A DNA stretch of 64,000 nucleotides. Source: a virus. The position numbers and the translations under genes are program-made. This document shows, in pieces, positions 41,689 through 51,988 of the stretch (its first letter is position 1; each line of letters starts with the position of its first letter). The DNA is taken from positions 95,436 to 159,435 of the IMG/VR virus record IMGVR_UViG_3300007734_000759; one strand, written 5' to 3'. Under the pieces are notes generated by a model, which had not been told where the DNA came from, ran no database searches, and worked only from the letters and a program-made list of their open reading frames with translations.

Positions 41689-42765
41689 ATGAATAAACTA
41701 GATACAGACTACCAAAACCTACTCCAAGACATTCTTGACAACGGAGTAGAAAAGAAAGACCGAACAGGTACAGGAACCATCTCAGTATTCGGAAGACAGA
41801 TTCGTCATAAGATGTCAGATGGGTTTCCATTACTCACCACAAAGAAGATGGCTTGGAAGACGATGGTGACTGAGTTACTTTGGTTTTTAAGAGGTGATAC
41901 AAACATCAAATACTTGGTTGATAATAGTTGTCATATTTGGGATGGAGATGCCTTTGCTAACTATTATAGGAATTTTGAAAAGTATTTGAATACCTTACCT
42001 GAAGGTAGTGAAGTGGAATTTATTATTAACAAAGATAAGTTCATCAACAAAATAAAAGAAGATAAACAAATTGAACATTCACCATTTACATTTGCTAAGA
42101 AGTGGGGTGAGTTAGGTCCCGTGTATGGTAAGCAATGGAGAAATTGGAAAACATTCTTTACTCAAAAACAAGGTGTAGACCAAATCCAAAACCTAATCAA
42201 CGATCTCAAAACAAACCCAGACTCAAGACGACTAATGGTTTCAGCTTGGAATGTAGGTGAATTAGACCAAATGGTTTTACCTCCTTGTCATTATGGATTT
42301 CAAGTTTATACAAGAGAGTTGAGTTTGGATGAGAGATTAGACCTTATGCGAAAAAGAACCAGAGATGGTACAGTTGATTATGATAACAGACATCATAGTT
42401 TTTTAGACTTCCATAATGTCCCTAAACGAGCAATCTCTCTAATGTGGAATCAACGTTCAGTAGATACATTCTTGGGTTTACCATTCAACATTGCTTCTTA
42501 TGGGTTACTACTTGAAATTATTGCTAAAGCAGTTAATATGGTACCTGATGAACTGATTGGTAACTTAGGTGATGTCCACCTTTACAGTAACCACATTGAA
42601 CAAGCAAAGGAACAGATTAGTAGAGAACCTTATCCATTACCTACGTTGAAAATAAAAGATGGATTTGACATAGTATCTGGTTTAGATGATATGTATGAAA
42701 TAGATTCATTTTTATTAGAAAACTATCAATCACACCCAACAATTAAAGCCAAACTCTCAAATTAA
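41689..42765 (+). CDS. thyA: Thymidylate synthase
   Basis: DRTGTGT, ELLWFLRG, LGPVYG.QWR, LPPCH, QRSVD.FLGLPFN and HLY.NH. Confidence 0.97.
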   Translation: MNKLDTDYQNLLQDILDNGVEKKDRTGTGTISVFGRQIRHKMSDGFPLLTTKKMAWKTMVTELLWFLRGDTNIKYLVDNSCHIWDGDAFANYYRNFEKYLNTLPEGSEVEFIINKDKFINKIKEDKQIEHSPFTFAKKWGELGPVYGKQWRNWKTFFTQKQGVDQIQNLINDLKTNPDSRRLMVSAWNVGELDQMVLPPCHYGFQVYTRELSLDERLDLMRKRTRDGTVDYDNRHHSFLDFHNVPKRAISLMWNQRSVDTFLGLPFNIASYGLLLEIIAKAVNMVPDELIGNLGDVHLYSNHIEQAKEQISREPYPLPTLKIKDGFDIVSGLDDMYEIDSFLLENYQSHPTIKAKLSN

Positions 42766-42928
42766 GTTATGAAAATAAGAATCGATGAGGTCCTATATCA
42801 AACCTACCTACTACCTTACATCAAGGTAACCTACTCAACAATACTTAACGGTAACAGAGAATTTATACTTGGTTGGTTGAGGTGGCAGTTGGTTGTGATT
42901 GTTTGATATTTATTAATAAAAGGTAAAC

Positions 42929-43387
42929 ATGAAAAAATTATTAACCTTAGTATTTTTACTAATTGGATTAGTAGGTTTTACCCAAACTAATTCACACCAA
43001 CAAATGACCGGTACCATTCATACAACAGGTCTAAACTTTATTCCATCCAACAATGATATTCAAATCTTACTCTATGAAGTAGATACATTTGGAGTAGCAA
43101 GACCATACGTGTTAGGAAACTACACAACAGCATTACAGAACAATAGATATGTAATTTCATTTATACTTCCACCTACCAACCCAGTAGTTGTTTATGTTAA
43201 ACTTTTACCAGGTAGTAGATTGTATGGTAAGTATGTTAGTACATTTGGTAGATCATCTACAAGTATTAATTCTGCTACTCGAGTGATTATTCCTTACACT
43301 CCACCTGGAACAACAGCTACAGCTAATTGCGATGTGTATATGATTCCTGATATTAGTTGGAGATCAAATTTAAGACACTCAGAATAA
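42929..43387 (+). CDS. Exported protein with signal peptide
   Basis: MKKLLTLVFLLIGLVGFT-Q, consistent with a Bacteroidota-style Gln after cleavage; TATTTAT at 42907. Confidence 0.65.
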   Translation: MKKLLTLVFLLIGLVGFTQTNSHQQMTGTIHTTGLNFIPSNNDIQILLYEVDTFGVARPYVLGNYTTALQNNRYVISFILPPTNPVVVYVKLLPGSRLYGKYVSTFGRSSTSINSATRVIIPYTPPGTTATANCDVYMIPDISWRSNLRHSE

Positions 43388-43456
43388 TTTCTTAACAAAT
43401 CTTAAAATTTTAAATTGAGTTTGGCTTTTGTCAAACTCTTTTCGTATCTTTATGAT

Positions 43457-44116
43457 ATGAAAATTGAAATAGGTTACGGAATAGCAAGAAGGTTATGGTT
43501 TACAAGTGACACTCACTTTGAACACAGTAACATCTGTAGAGCTACTACTAAGTGGGAAGGTGCAGATAATGTTACAAGAGATTTCAAATCTCTAGACCAC
43601 ATGAACGATACTTTGGTCAATAACATTAACGAAGTAGTAGGTGAGGATGATATTCTTATCCACTTAGGTGATTGGTCATTTGGAGGATTTGAGAACATTA
43701 AATTGTTTAGAAACAGGATCAACTGTAAGAATGTTCACTTGGTGTTTGGTAATCACGATCACCACATCCGTAGGGATAAGGGAGGAGTACAATCATTATT
43801 TTCTTCTACTCAGGATTATTTGATGGTGGATCTACGAGTACATAAACCAGGTAAGGTTGTTGATAGACATACTTTAATTTGTATGCACTATCCGCTGATT
43901 TCTTGGGATGGAATGAATGATGGTACTGTACATCTGTTCGGCCATGTGCATCTACCTAAGGAGCTAAGACTTTTAGAGGGTAAAGCAATTGATGTAGGAG
44001 TTGATGGAAACAAATACTATCCCATTGAGGTAACAGAGGTACTGAACATCGTAAAGAACCAGCCGATAAAAAGATCAACAATACCCAGAGACCACCACGA
44101 AAAAAGGTTAGTCTAA
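43457..44116 (+). CDS. Calcineurin-like metallophosphoesterase
   Basis: SDTHF.H, HLGD, GNHD, HYP, GHVH and DVGVD. Confidence 0.9.
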   Translation: MKIEIGYGIARRLWFTSDTHFEHSNICRATTKWEGADNVTRDFKSLDHMNDTLVNNINEVVGEDDILIHLGDWSFGGFENIKLFRNRINCKNVHLVFGNHDHHIRRDKGGVQSLFSSTQDYLMVDLRVHKPGKVVDRHTLICMHYPLISWDGMNDGTVHLFGHVHLPKELRLLEGKAIDVGVDGNKYYPIEVTEVLNIVKNQPIKRSTIPRDHHEKRLV

Positions 44117-44134
44117 CACATTCCTAGACTATTT

Positions 44135-44226
44135 ATACGAGTAGGGTCGCAGCTACTTGTATTGAATAAAAACTTAAAAACCTTAGATGAGTAGGAGACT
44201 GCGACCTCCGAAAGTCTAAGGTTTCT
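44135..44226 (+). ncRNA. Structured leader RNA (two kissing hairpins with a loop-E motif)
   Basis: Stems 44135-44144/44153-44162, 44178-44187/44215-44224 and 44194-44197/44206-44209; loops GTCGCAG and CTGCGAC are complementary; AGUA/GAA internal loop. Confidence 0.65.
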
Positions 44227-44230
44227 TTTT

Positions 44231-44890
44231 ATGGATTATCAAAGAATATACAACCAGTTAATTGAAAGAGCTCGGAGTGAAAATAGAGTCAAAGGTGGAG
44301 GAAGCTACTACGAAGCTCACCATATAGTTCCTAAATGTATGGGGGGAGGAGGTAAAGGTAGCGAGTGGAAAACTCATCCAAATATCATCCTATTAACTGC
44401 AAGGGAACATTTCTTAGCTCATCAACTACTTTGCAACCTTTACCCTACTGAATTAAAACTTTCCCATGCCTTGTGGTTTTTCTTAAATGCTAAAAGAAGA
44501 AACGGAAACACAATAACGAGGGTAACATCTAGACAGTACAAAGAAGCTAGGGAGCAACACGCCTTAGCAGCATCCAAACAGCGAAAAGGTAAACCCCGAT
44601 CTCAGCAGACAAGAGACTTACTCTCGAAAGTGAACACAGGTAAAAAGTTATCTGATGAAGTTAGACAGAAAATATCAAGATCCAATAAGAGCAGTGTTGT
44701 AAAGCAGAGAGCAACTTTTCTAATGAAGAAACCAATCTCCCAATACACAGTAGATGGCGTCTGGATGAGAGATTGGGATAGTGTGCAGGATGTGAAGAGA
44801 ACCTTAGGAATAACAAGCGTGTTGGATAATCTTAAAGGTAGGCAGAAGACAGCCGGAGGTTATGTTTGGAAATATCTTAACAAATCTTAA
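44231..44890 (+). CDS. HNH homing endonuclease with NUMOD3/NUMOD1-like DNA-binding modules
   Basis: EAHHIVPKCMGG...N...LTAREH..AH; NUMOD3-like basic repeats; C-terminal KTAGGYVW. Confidence 0.88.
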   Translation: MDYQRIYNQLIERARSENRVKGGGSYYEAHHIVPKCMGGGGKGSEWKTHPNIILLTAREHFLAHQLLCNLYPTELKLSHALWFFLNAKRRNGNTITRVTSRQYKEAREQHALAASKQRKGKPRSQQTRDLLSKVNTGKKLSDEVRQKISRSNKSSVVKQRATFLMKKPISQYTVDGVWMRDWDSVQDVKRTLGITSVLDNLKGRQKTAGGYVWKYLNKS

Positions 44891-44944
44891 AATTTGAAAC
44901 GATGTTTTGTAAATCAAAAATCATTTCTTATCTTTAAGTATTGA

Positions 44945-47845
44945 ATGAGAGTTATGAAAGGAACATTACACAAAATTAACAGCCAGTGGATCATCTCCTA
45001 CCAAGAAGAGGTGATGCCAAGAGTAACCAGAAACTTGGACCTACCCCTATATCCTGGAGATGTCAAGACGCTGAACGATTACGGAGACTACTCAACCTCA
45101 TGGGAGGATGGTCTAGCAGTTCAGTTTGAGATCATTGACGAGTTTACCCATCAGAAACTTTATGAAGGATTAGAATGGGGTATTGGGAAGTTTGCTAAGT
45201 TGTTGTGATATGTCGAGGAAGTCGTTAACAGAAACACCTGACGGTACCATCCCTGAGTTCTACGTAGTAAATTCTTTTGGAGAGATCTACGTGGGACTTT
45301 ACCAGGGAGGTTGTGCAAAGTGGTCAAGTGATTGGAGCGAAGGTAAAACTCTCAACAATATTAACCAGCTACAGACAATCAAAAAGATGATGAAGTATGA
45401 GTATGGAGAGTTGGATATTAAAGTGGAATTGGTGTACTTATAAAAAAAGAAGTTATGGCATACAACCGTTTTCGATGGTGGAGTAAAGGTAGACCAAGTA
45501 AGCCTCTCTCCGATAAAGCACACATCTGGGATAAGATTGAGAACAATGAGTACGAGCTGTCGTATATGTTCAAAGAGCTCGAAGATGAAAGAGCAAGAGC
45601 TCAAAAGCTGTACGACGAAGCTTACAGCTCCTACAAAGGTTCAGATGAGTTTGGTAAGAGGTATGTTGGATACGACAACAGCAGAATGGCTAGAGTGAGG
45701 TGTATGAAGTTGATGGAGGAGGCACATAAGGATGAAGAGAAGATCCTCACTAAACTAATAGCAGACTTTTCTTCTTGGTTTGGAATTGATCTAGAGCAGA
45801 TCCTTGAGACTATTCCTCCTATGGATACTAAGGAACTATACCAGTACCTAAACGAAACTTATCCGAGAAGGACCGTTCCTCCTGTCCCAAGGGTGTGGAA
45901 GTAATTGTTAACAAATCTTAACAAAGTTGCTAAATCAAAATACAGATCGTATCTTTAAGTATAGAAAGAAACAGTTATGGAAGATAGAATCCAAATTAAC
46001 GGTACCTGGTATGTAAAGGAACAACCAGATCCAGTAGTCAAAGAAAGACAAGTTGAAGTATTTGAGTACAAATGTCTAATGTACGAAGATCAGAGATTTT
46101 GTTTTGAAGCAACTATTGACATTAAGGACAATGGTATACTAGATATACTAGACTTGATTAAAGTTACTGACAAAAGAGTCAAACCTTGGAAAGAAGAGAC
46201 ATGGGATAGTTTAGATTTCTTCCGCGGATGTCTAGAACGCAATTTAGACTCACTTTTATCTAGAGGCCTTAGAGGTGAAAGTGGGTTTAGTGATGATGAT
46301 GTTGAAAACTTTATTGCGTTCTTAAAAGAAATTCAAAAGAGAGGTTGGTTATGAAACAAACAGCAGTAGAATGGTTAATTAGCAATTTGCAACAATCTAA
46401 GGATTGGCAAAGAGTATTGAATGAAGTTAGCCAAATGAGTACAGTGCAATTTAATTTACTTGAACAAGCTAAAAAGATGGAGAATGAGCAGAGGTTTGAA
46501 GATTTTAAACAAGGTTTTCATTCAGCTTTTGAATCATTAGAAGCCGCAAACAACTCGGTTCAAAGTAAAACCTTTAAATCAGAATAAGATGAAAGGAACA
46601 ATAGACCTACATGAGAAATGGGGTTGGGGTGTAATCAACCATACTGATGAATCAATTCCAGATTGGATACCTCTACACCCTGATGACCTCACCTACTTTG
46701 CTGAGATGAATGAGAGGTTTGATAACTTCGAAGCTCGTGTACTTTCAAAACCTGAAGTAGAGTTTGAAACTATTATCCATCCTAAATTTACAGGTAGAAT
46801 CATCTACGCTAAACTAATTACAAAATGAGCCAAAAGTTTATATACGTTGCAACATGGGATGGTATTCCTGTACTAGGTGCACCTAATAGAGAGTTACTAG
46901 AACAAGCCCTCAATGAGTATAATAACGATACACCTATCAGATATGAAGCCTACAATCCAAAATACCCTGATGATTTAGAAGGTTGGTATTATTACAAAGA
47001 CCCTCAAACAGAAGGTGAAGAGATTAGATTTTCTGTTAGGTGTATTGAATTTAAAGGAGAGTAACAAATGAGTAGTGGCAAACAGTATATCATTGTTGAC
47101 TTAATCAACAAAAGATTCTTTTTAGATACCAACGGTGATGTTATGATATTTGAAGATTATGATAAGACATTATTACATTGTGGTATCTATGAACTTGAAA
47201 ATGCTTGGGTAAGTGAATTAAAACATAATCATATAGAAGGAGGTAACAAATGAAATTTGAACTAATGCAATTCAGATGGTACCGTAAGTGGAAAGGTGGT
47301 TCATATTATCTAATCTATAATTGGTTACCTATGTTCCCATTTTGGTCAGACAAACTAATAACAAGTTGTGGAAGTAGAGCAATCAAAGAAGAACATTGGG
47401 AGGTTAGGAAATGATTATTATTCTAGCAGCACTTCTAATTTGTTTACCTCTATACTTAATAGCAGGTGAATTAAGACAAATAAATAAAAAGAAATGAAAG
47501 TAAGAGTAAAACACAAAGAGACAGAAGTAGAAGTAAGTGATGAGTTGGGAAAGCAAGATACATATGTTTTAATTTATTACAACCAAACCTACCTACTCAA
47601 ATTACTTGAAAAGATTGCAGATGAAATTGTAAAAATGAATAAAGATGAATAAGTACCATTTACGAGTATTGTACGCATCCCATTATACCGATATAGTTAT
47701 TGCTGATGGGGTGGATGTAAATGCAAGAGGAGACTATCAGTTTTGGAAATTTGAAAATGATAGTGCTACTACATACAATGTAGCTCATTATCCAATCCAC
47801 CGTACAATTATTGAAACAATAGAATACGGAACAGAAGAAGGTTGA
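44945..47845 (+). other. Small hypothetical genes (44945-45208, 45210-45443, 45455-45904, 45977-46354, 46351-46587, 46589-46828, 46825-47064, 47068-47253, 47645-47845, and shorter ORFs)
   Basis: Coupled + strand ORFs downstream of promoters 44929 and 45950; 46351 begins MKQTAVEWL. Confidence 0.55.
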
Positions 47846-47926
47846 GTTTCTTAACAAATCTTAACAAAGTTGCAAACTAAATTCTCTGAGCGTATCTTTA
47901 AGTATTGAAAGAAAACAAAACAAGTT

Positions 47927-48286
47927 ATGAAAGTATCAAACAGATCAAGACAAGTAGCCCAAACCATTCAAGAACAATTGATGGCAGGTGGAATGGAAAA
48001 GGTAATGAGTTGGGGAGTGAGTCAGTGGAGAGTTGGAGAGTTGGAAGACGAACGTCCTTTCCTTGCAATGAGTGTTAATGGACTGTTGCATCAAGGTGAG
48101 ACTCGTATTATCTTAGAATGGAGTGATACATACACTGTGCAGAACATGGAACAAGGCAAAGTGATTAAAGAACAGCAAGACGTTTACTTTGATGAAGTTA
48201 CAGATGTGGTGGATAGTTTTGTAGAGTATCCTGGATCAGATGAAGAGTATCGTGATGCAATCAATAAAGTTTTTAACAATGAGTGA
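47927..48286 (+). CDS. Hypothetical phage protein
   Basis: AQTIQEQL...SWG...DTYTV...DVYFDE pattern; follows the promoter at 47893. Confidence 0.6.
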   Translation: MKVSNRSRQVAQTIQEQLMAGGMEKVMSWGVSQWRVGELEDERPFLAMSVNGLLHQGETRIILEWSDTYTVQNMEQGKVIKEQQDVYFDEVTDVVDSFVEYPGSDEEYRDAINKVFNNE

Positions 48287-48464
48287 CAAAGAAAAGTCAG
48301 GAGGTATTGGTTTATTGGGAATGGTTTTCCTAGTGTTCCTGATCCTTAAATTAGCAAACGTAGGAGCAGTAGCTAACTGGTCTTGGTGGTGGGTATTCTC
48401 TCCTCTTTGGATCCCAGTAGTGGTAGGGTTACTAATCGTAGCTTTGATCCAATTGTTTGATTAA
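48279..48464 (+). CDS. Small membrane protein (WSWWWVFSPLW type)
   Basis: LVFLILKL...WSWWWVFSPLWIP. Confidence 0.7.
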   Translation: MSDKEKSGGIGLLGMVFLVFLILKLANVGAVANWSWWWVFSPLWIPVVVGLLIVALIQLFD

Positions 48465-48473
48465 GTAACAAAG

Positions 48474-48551
48474 GCTCCTGTATCCCCTCATGCTTATACC
48501 ATGTCGAAAGGGTAGTTGGTTCACGTGGGTTCAAGTCCCTCCAGGAGTACC
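48474..48551 (+). tRNA. Atypical tRNA-like RNA, anticodon TAT (Ile), no canonical D-arm
   Basis: Acceptor GCTCCTG/CAGGAGT-ACC; T-arm GTGGG-TTCAAGT-CCCTC; anticodon arm CATG-CTTATAC-CATG. Confidence 0.55.
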
Positions 48552-48564
48552 TAATAAAGTAAAT

Positions 48565-48637
48565 GCGCTCTTAGCTCAGAGGTTAGAGCAGGGAACTCAT
48601 AATTCCTTGGCCATAGGTTCGATCCCTATAGGGCGCA
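48565..48637 (+). tRNA. tRNA with CAT anticodon (elongator Met or Ile2)
   Basis: Full cloverleaf: GCGCTCT/AGGGCGC, GCTC/GAGC, GGGAA-CTCATAA-TTCCT, ATAGG-TTCGATC-CCTAT; positions 1 and 72 pair. Confidence 0.92.
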
Positions 48638-48642
48638 CAAAT

Positions 48643-48716
48643 GTCTCCATAGCTCAGTTGGATAGAGCGACTGCCTTCTAAGCAGTAGGTCACAAGTTCG
48701 AACCTTGTTGGAGATA
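48643..48716 (+). tRNA. tRNA-Arg(TCT)
   Basis: Full cloverleaf with ACTGC-CTTCTAA-GCAGT anticodon arm and TTCGAAC T-loop. Confidence 0.95.
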
Positions 48717-48729
48717 CGAATAAAGAATT

Positions 48730-49212
48730 ATGAAGTATATTTTCAGAGGTCATACAGTATTTGAATATGACCCAAACGACAAATATGATAAAGTCAAACA
48801 AGGTAAAATACATGATGTTATTCCTGCATTTGACTTTTGTAGGATGATCTCTGAAGATTACAGATTACTAGGTGAGTTTTTTACGACAGTATATAGACAC
48901 ACCCAAGGTGAGAATGTGGAACTAAAAGACATTGAAGTATATTAAAATAAAAGTGATATGGAAATAAGTATGTATGGGACGGAGTCCTATGTAACCTTTG
49001 TTCGTAGAGAACGTATTGAGATTGACACAGACAACTATCCTGAACTAGAAGGAATGAGTTTGGAAGAGGCTCAGCAGTACATTATGGAGAATGCATGGGA
49101 CATGAAGCCCACAAACGATCAGTACTATGATTCGTTAGGTGAGGAAGTATTCCAAATGGATGTGGCCAGAGAAAAGATCACAGGAGAGGAAAGTGGGATT
49201 GAATTTGATTGA
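48730..49212 (+). other. Two hypothetical genes (48730-48945, 48958-49212)
   Basis: ORFs after the tRNAs; 48958 is paralogous to 59497. Confidence 0.55.
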
Positions 49213-49306
49213 GGTGCAAATTGTTAACAAATCTTAACAAAGTTGCTGAGTTAATTTTCTCAACGTATCTTTAGGTATTGAAAGTTAAACAATTAAATAA
49301 ACAGTT

Positions 49307-50125
49307 ATGTCAATGATGAACATCAAATCAGCGGTACACAAGTACCTAACCATGGAGCAGATCAAAGAACAAGCTCCTTCAATCTTTACTGAGACTGCTA
49401 TCCCTACAGCGTCTGAGAAGTACACTCACATTCCAACCTCTCGTATCATTTCTGATATGGAAGCTTTGAATTGGAAAGTGGTAGATGCTAAGCAAGTTAA
49501 GGTACGAGCAGAACGTAAGATGGGATACCAAAAGCACTTGCTTGTGTTCCGTAATGAGGATGTAGTGATCAATGGAAGTAATGGAGACACAGTCTATCCT
49601 CAAATTCTTATGACCAACTCTCACGACGGTCTTAGTGCTTTCCACTTCAAGGCAGGACTGTTTCGATTAGTATGCTCCAATGGTTTGGTTATTGCAGATA
49701 AGGAGTTCGAAGATGCAAAGATCCGTCACAAGGGGTACACCTTTGAGGAGTTACAACAAACCATCCGAGAGCTTACATTGAAGTTACCTTTGACAGTAGA
49801 GGCAATGAATAAGATGAACGAGACTGAACTTGGTATGGAGCAAGCTTTGGAATTTGCTAAGAAGGCTTTGGAGCTTCGTCACCCTGAGAAGAATGGATTC
49901 CGTATTGAGGTTGACTTGGAAGAACTCCTTTCAGCTCAGCGTCAAGAAGATGAAGGAATGTCGGTTTGGAAAGTGTTTAATCGTGTACAAGAGAAGATCG
50001 TTTCCGGAGATTACAAATACGCTACACGTAAAAGCAATCGCCGTGCAAAACCTTTAAAATCTTTTATTCGAGATACCAAGATCAACGAGGAGATGTTTAG
50101 TCTAGCTCTCGAGTATTGTAATTAA
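49307..50125 (+). CDS. DUF932/DUF945 family protein
   Basis: APSIF...S.KY..IPT, KH, NSHDG...F.AGLFRLVCSNGL and W.VFN.VQE. Confidence 0.85.
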   Translation: MSMMNIKSAVHKYLTMEQIKEQAPSIFTETAIPTASEKYTHIPTSRIISDMEALNWKVVDAKQVKVRAERKMGYQKHLLVFRNEDVVINGSNGDTVYPQILMTNSHDGLSAFHFKAGLFRLVCSNGLVIADKEFEDAKIRHKGYTFEELQQTIRELTLKLPLTVEAMNKMNETELGMEQALEFAKKALELRHPEKNGFRIEVDLEELLSAQRQEDEGMSVWKVFNRVQEKIVSGDYKYATRKSNRRAKPLKSFIRDTKINEEMFSLALEYCN

Positions 50126-50152
50126 AAAATCATAATTTTGTTTGTTTAGTGT

Positions 50153-50189
50153 AAAGGAAAACCCTGGTGCATAGCCAGGGTTCCTTTTT
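50153..50189 (+). terminator. Intrinsic terminator
   Basis: AAAGGAA-ACCCTGG...CCAGGGTTCCTTTTT. Confidence 0.75.
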
Positions 50190-50205
50190 AGTCTGATATT
50201 TATAA

Positions 50206-50844
50206 GTGACCAAACAAATAAATACTATGATAAATATCAGCATAATCTACAAGATTACAAACCCCTCAGGGAAAGTCTACATAGGACAAACTATAAACCT
50301 CAAGGCTAGAAAATGGGCCTACTCGAGAGGAGGATCTACTCAACAGGCCAAACTTAGCAGATCGATTCAGAAACATGGATGGGATAGTCATACTTTTGAT
50401 ATTATCTTCCAAGGTATTTGCAGTGCGGATTGTTTGAATAAGTTGGAAAGGTACTACATAGCTCACTACAACAGCATGAAGCAAGGTCTCAACTGCACAG
50501 AAGGAGGTGGTGGAGCAAGAGGTCGTACTATGAGCGCTGAATCCTTGGCCCAAATGTCACAGCGACTGAAGGGGAGAGTCTTTACAGAAGAGTGGAAAAG
50601 AAAGATATCAGAAGCTTGTAAGGGTAGACCTGCTCACAACAAAGGAAAACAAAAAGCTCCGGAACTAGTGGAACTTCATAAAAAACCAATCATTCAATAC
50701 AGCAAGCAGGGAGACTTTATACGAGAGTGGTCTTGTGCTATGGAAGCTTCCAAAGCTTTAGCAATATCTAATAGCTGCATAGGCAGGTGTTGCACAGGAG
50801 ATTTGAAATCCTATTCTGGACATGTCTGGCGTCATAAATCTTAA
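50206..50844 (+). CDS. GIY-YIG homing endonuclease with NUMOD3/NUMOD1-like modules
   Basis: IIYKITN...VYIGQT, E..YI, GLN.T.GG and EEWKRKISE; start may be ATG 50227. Confidence 0.88.
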   Translation: MTKQINTMINISIIYKITNPSGKVYIGQTINLKARKWAYSRGGSTQQAKLSRSIQKHGWDSHTFDIIFQGICSADCLNKLERYYIAHYNSMKQGLNCTEGGGGARGRTMSAESLAQMSQRLKGRVFTEEWKRKISEACKGRPAHNKGKQKAPELVELHKKPIIQYSKQGDFIREWSCAMEASKALAISNSCIGRCCTGDLKSYSGHVWRHKS

Positions 50845-50914
50845 AATTTCTTAACAAAGTTTCTCAATTCAAAATATGTCAGTATCTTTAGGTATTGATA
50901 AAATAAAAACAGTT

Positions 50915-51712
50915 ATGAATTACTACCAAAAGCAAAAGTTAAAACGTCAAGCATTAGCAGCAGCTAACGTATTCGATGTTACACAGGTCAAAACTTACAG
51001 AGCACATGAGTTGCATTTCGACCCTAGCCTCTTTGTGCCAATGCCTTCAGGAAAGGAGATTGATACCTTATTTTCTTCTGAGGGAGGATTGATGCCTGCT
51101 ACTTCTGTAATGATTTCAGGGGGTCCGGGATCAGGAAAGACTACCGTTACTTTGGATTTATTAGCTGCTCTTACTAAGAAAGGATATCGATGTCTTTTTA
51201 TTAGCGGTGAAATGGATGCCATCGGATATGTAAAATACGCAAAGAGGATGCCTGTTATTCAAAACGTGGAGACTTTATTTTTACGCGACTATGCCTTACA
51301 AGTTAAGCCAGTATTGGAACACGTCCTTGATATTGGATATGATGTTGTTGCTACTGACTCTATTGCTGAGGTTATTGACTTGTTCAAGGATGGACAATCG
51401 ACTACTGAAGGAATCGCAGAGCATTGGTTCTTGCAGTTGATTGATAAACATAAGAAGGGATCTAACACAAGAGGAGTCCATACTTCGTTTGTTAATATCC
51501 AACAAATGACTAAAGCAGGGATCGGTAGTGGTTCCAATAGATTACCTCACATGCATGATGGAGTAGCTTTGATTCAAAGAAACAAAGAGACTGGTGAACG
51601 TAAGTTGTGGTTCTCTAAGAATAGAGATTGTGCTTTGGACTATGCTGTTCATTTCTCAATCGACGGAGATGGAGTTAGATATCACTTTGCCCCTATTGAC
51701 GATGAAGAATAA
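50915..51712 (+). CDS. RadA/Sms-like RecA-family ATPase
   Basis: ID.LFS.EGG, GGPGSGKTT, FISGEM, DSI, G.N.LPH..D and KNR. Confidence 0.8.
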   Translation: MNYYQKQKLKRQALAAANVFDVTQVKTYRAHELHFDPSLFVPMPSGKEIDTLFSSEGGLMPATSVMISGGPGSGKTTVTLDLLAALTKKGYRCLFISGEMDAIGYVKYAKRMPVIQNVETLFLRDYALQVKPVLEHVLDIGYDVVATDSIAEVIDLFKDGQSTTEGIAEHWFLQLIDKHKKGSNTRGVHTSFVNIQQMTKAGIGSGSNRLPHMHDGVALIQRNKETGERKLWFSKNRDCALDYAVHFSIDGDGVRYHFAPIDDEE

Positions 51713-51929
51713 ATTTACACAGCTGCTAGCTAGGACCTGGGATTGGGTCCTGCTAGCTTTTGCAGCAGCCTTTGCTATGGTAATCTTTAAGGGAGGAGTT
51801 TGGATAATGGATCACTCCAACCCCTTGGTAATGTTGTTGGGTTTTATTGTATGCAGCAGTGCAGTATTAACTTTCTCAGCAGTAGTGTTTGAATTTGTAG
51901 ATAGGGTGAGAAATCTTAAAAAACCTTAA
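51702..51929 (+). CDS. Small two-helix membrane protein
   Basis: Two hydrophobic segments. Confidence 0.55.
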   Translation: MKNKFTQLLARTWDWVLLAFAAAFAMVIFKGGVWIMDHSNPLVMLLGFIVCSSAVLTFSAVVFEFVDRVRNLKKP

Positions 51930-51988
51930 CAAAGTTTCTCTTTCCGATTGATGTGTGTATCTTTAGGTATTGAAAAACAAAACAAGTT

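Noticed and set aside
44185-44215. Hammerhead ribozyme (GATGAG...CGAAA)
   Set aside because: The core reads TAGATGA rather than CTGATGA, and no stem I/III with a cleavage triplet can be built; a loop-E interpretation fits better.
48490-48813. ORFs 48490-48681 (+) and 48583-48813 (-)
   Set aside because: They overlap the tRNA genes.
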